From: Eledone cirrhosa
Lineage: Eukaryota
Length of the DNA stretch: 64,000 bases
Assembly: GCA_964016885.1 (NCBI GenBank)
Contig: OZ024740.1
Location: forward strand, 181,722,001 to 181,786,000
Direction of reading: 5' to 3'
This document shows, in pieces, positions 61,246 through 64,000 of this stretch. How positions within the stretch are numbered: position 1 is the first letter of the stretch; each line of letters opens with the position of its first letter. The translations under genes and the position numbers were made by a program. The notes under the pieces are model-generated. The model saw only the letters and a program-made list of their open reading frames with translations. It made no database searches and had not been told where the DNA came from.

Positions 61246-62436
61246 TTCCTTCGCGCATACGCAGTACGGACCAACCCTCGCGCATTCGCACTTTGGACCA
61301 GCTTTCGTGCATGCGCAGTACGGACCAACTTCGTGCATGCGCAGTACGGACCAGCCTTCGCTCAAGCCAAGTACGGATCAGCCTAAGCGCATGCGCAGTA
61401 AGGACGAGCCTTCGAGCGTGCGAAATACGAAACAGCCGTTGCGCATGCGCAGTACACACTAGCTTTTGCGCAGGCGCACTTCGGACAACACTTCGCGCAT
61501 GCGCACTTTGGACCAAACTTCGAGCATGCGCTCTTTGGACCAGACTTCGCGCATGCGCAGTACATACCAGCCTTCGCGCATGCGCAGTACTACGTGACAA
61601 CGCGCATGCGCATTAAGGAGCAGCATCCGCGCATGCGCAGTACGGCCCAGCCTTTGCGCATGCACACTTCGAATCGAACCAGCCTTCGCGCTTGCTCAGT
61701 ATGGACCAGCCTATGCGCACGCACAGTACGGACCAGCGTTTGCGCAGGCGCACTTCGGACAACACTTCGCGCATGCGCACTTCGGACCAAACTTCGCGCA
61801 TGCGCAGTACTACGCGCCAACGCGCATGCTCAGTATGGACTACCCTATGCGCACGCACAGTACGGACCAGCGTTCGCGCATGCGCAGTACGGACCAGCGT
61901 ACGTGCCAGCCCTTAGGACCAAACTTCGCGCATGCGCAGTACTGACTAGTCATCGCGCAAGCGTAGTACATACCAGTCTACTTGCATGGGCAGTACGTAC
62001 AGGCCTTCACGCATGCGCACTTCGGACCAGATTTCACGCATGCGAACTTCGGACCAGCCTTCGCGCTTGCGCCATTCGGACCAGACTTTGCGCATGCGCA
62101 CTTCGGACCAGACTTCGCAAATGCGCAGTACGGACCAGCGTTCTTGCATGCGGAGTACAGATCAGCCTTCGCGCATGCGTGAACGGACCACCCTTCGCGC
62201 ATGTGCATTTCGTACCAGCTATCGCGCATGCGCACTTCGGACCAATTTCGCGCGAGCGCCCTACCTACCAATCTTCGCGCATGCGCAGTACGGACAAGCC
62301 TTCACGCATGCACAGTACCGACCAGCCTACGCGCATGCGCAGTACGGACATGCATTCGTTCTTCGGACCAGCCTTCGCGCATGCGCACCTCGGACCAGCC
62401 TTGCCGCATGCGCACTTCTGTCCGTACTTTGCGCAT
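61246..62436. repeat. CpG-rich ~27-bp minisatellite, about 40+ units, consensus CTTCGCGCATGCGCA(GTA/CTT)CGGACCAGC
   Basis: Read directly; palindromic core GCGCATGCGC; higher-order block repeated at ~61467 and ~61741. Confidence 0.96.
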
Positions 62437-62571
62437 TTACATATATCTAATCAATGGGCGTACAACAGTAGTTAATCTAAACTATAATAAAGTAACAAGC
62501 GCAGGACTGCGTACCGTTTATAATTTGTTATCCCCTTAGTAAAATAAGTTGGATTACTTTGAATAAATAAT

Positions 62572-62756
62572 TGTTTCTACTTTAGGCACGAGGCGAGCAA
62601 TAACCCAGTACATTACTGGTACTTTATTTTATCGACCCCGTAAGGATGAAAGGCAAAGTTAACCTCGGCGAGATTTGAACTCAGACTGTAAAGGGACGTA
62701 ACTATGCTAGAAAGCATGGCGTCTAACCCTGTACCGATAGTGCCAATTCAACGCCA
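62572..62756 (-). mobile_element. tRNA-derived SINE (Nin-domain-like) with perfect 19-bp TSD
   Basis: TSD attactttgaataaataat at 62553-62571 and 62757-62775; B box gagttcaaatc; core actttgcctttcatccttacggggtcgataaaa. Confidence 0.88.
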
Positions 62757-62964
62757 ATTACTTTGAATAAATAATGAATGAATATTACATAATTTATCTA
62801 CCAAATTTCGTGGCTGTTCATTAAATATATTTTATTGCTCATTTAAAGATTCACTTCTTTAACATTTTCAAATGTCAACACGATCGTTTAAATAAATATT
62901 CATATATTTCTAACATTAATTTTCTCTTAGTGCAGTTTATATATAATATCGTCTTTTTTTAATG

Positions 62965-63151
62965 TATCATGGATTACGTTACTGATTATAGAAGACAGTG
63001 TAACACAGACTTCGTTCAATTTCTGTGTATATTGTCAATTACGGTTTTATTTGATGTATCATATCTACATGCATATATACTGGCGTATAATATCATTATA
63101 CACACTACACATGGTAGCAGAAAACCACCCGAAGGGTGGTTTTTCTGCTAG
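62965..63151 (+). mobile_element. Helitron-like 3' terminus
   Basis: Hairpin tagcagaaaaccaccc-gaa-gggtggtttttctgcta ending in CTAG (63148-63151) followed by T; a diverged copy of the preceding ~140 bp lies at 61103-61243. Confidence 0.68.
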
Positions 63152-63539
63152 TTATGTTAAATGAGTTTTAAAAAAAGAAGAGTTAATAAATAAGTAAAAC
63201 GTTATAATTGTTTTACCCTCCCATTTCTAATTAAACAGAACTCTTTCATGACTGTATGTCTGTGTTTGTGTAAATGTATGTATGTTTGAGTGATAGTATG
63301 TGTGAATGTGTGTGTATTTGTGTGAATTATGTCCGCGAGTGTGTATTTTTATAAGTTTGTGTTTGTGCCATTATAGTTATATACTCATAATAGTTATATA
63401 CTCATACATATAGATATATGTATGTGCACACTCATACGCGCCAGTGTGTAGAAAATCATAATCTCTATATCTCTCTCACCAAACACTCTCTCTCTCTTTC
63501 TATATATATGGTAGTTGATGTGGTGGTGGAGGTAGCGAC

Positions 63540-63860
63540 GTTATACCGGAAGTGCAACTTTGAAAAGAAGTCAACTTTAGATTATTTGTTTTTACGAAAT
63601 TATTTGTGTGGGTATGATGTGGTGTGCGGCGGCCGGAAGCTGGGGAGTGCTCGACCGGAAGAGTGCTTGACCGGAAGGGTGCTTGGCCGGAAAGGTGCTC
63701 GACCGGAAGGGCCAGCAGGTCGGCCTCTCTCTGGCGGTGATCTGGAACGCGGTGGACGCGAGTTTTGCAACTCCGAGTTAACGAGTTGGATTTTACGCAC
63801 GTGGAAGAAGAGAAACCAGCTATTGGATTTAGCGGCGCCTATAAAAAGCGGTAAGTGAGG
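63540..63860 (+). promoter_or_regulatory. CpG-rich promoter / first-exon-like segment with ETS-motif cluster
   Basis: ACCGGAAGTG 63545-54; four tandem 16-mers (63645-63708) each with CCGGAA; CACGTG 63798; ATTGG 63822; TATAAAA 63840; GTAAGT 63851. Confidence 0.5.
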
Positions 63861-64000
63861 TAGCTTTTTCTAACCACAAGCTATTTCGGCACTGGAAGCT
63901 GAAATCTGATAAAAAAAAAGAACTTTCACGAAAACAAAGCTAGTGGAAAAACAGAGAGGAGTCTGTTATTTTTTTATTACGTACCGCAAGACAATTTAGG

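Noticed and set aside
61246-62436. CRISPR-like array, or the many overlapping ORFs (up to 293 aa)
   Set aside because: There are no unique spacers or cas genes and the context is eukaryotic; the ORFs result from a stop-poor 27-bp unit.

Overview
AT-rich, microsatellite-rich eukaryotic genomic DNA made up almost entirely of retroelements. The SINE families, (GAT)n-tailed RTE ends and repeat landscape suggest a mollusc, probably an octopus; this is an inference. No host protein-coding exon can be supported. The window contains: several Penelope-like elements (PLEs; RT + GIY-YIG) in (TA)n tracts; two near full-length Tx1/L1-clade LINEs in inverted orientation, both in (ATT)n; two divergent R4/Dong-type RLE LINEs plus 3' fragments in (AAT)n; an RTE LINE with a 10-bp TSD; RTE relics; tRNA-derived SINEs; a 27-bp CpG-rich satellite next to a Helitron-like 3' end; and a promoter-like segment at the right edge. 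Strongest leads: (1) about nine type I hammerhead-ribozyme (HHR) motifs from unrelated families, including a non-coding ~321-bp tandem/inverted retrozyme-like unit; (2) an (AAT/ATT)n nest in which APE-type Tx1, RLE-type Dong and a SINE sharing the Tx1 3' tail all use the same microsatellite, while a sister Tx1 family sits in (TATC)n; (3) a possible 52-nt intron that would fuse Tx1 ORF1 to ORF2 in frame; (4) a covarying pseudoknot shared by the 5' UTRs of both Dong families; (5) an NRF1-motif satellite upstream of an ETS-motif cluster. All RNA structures and alignments were read by eye and need computational confirmation.
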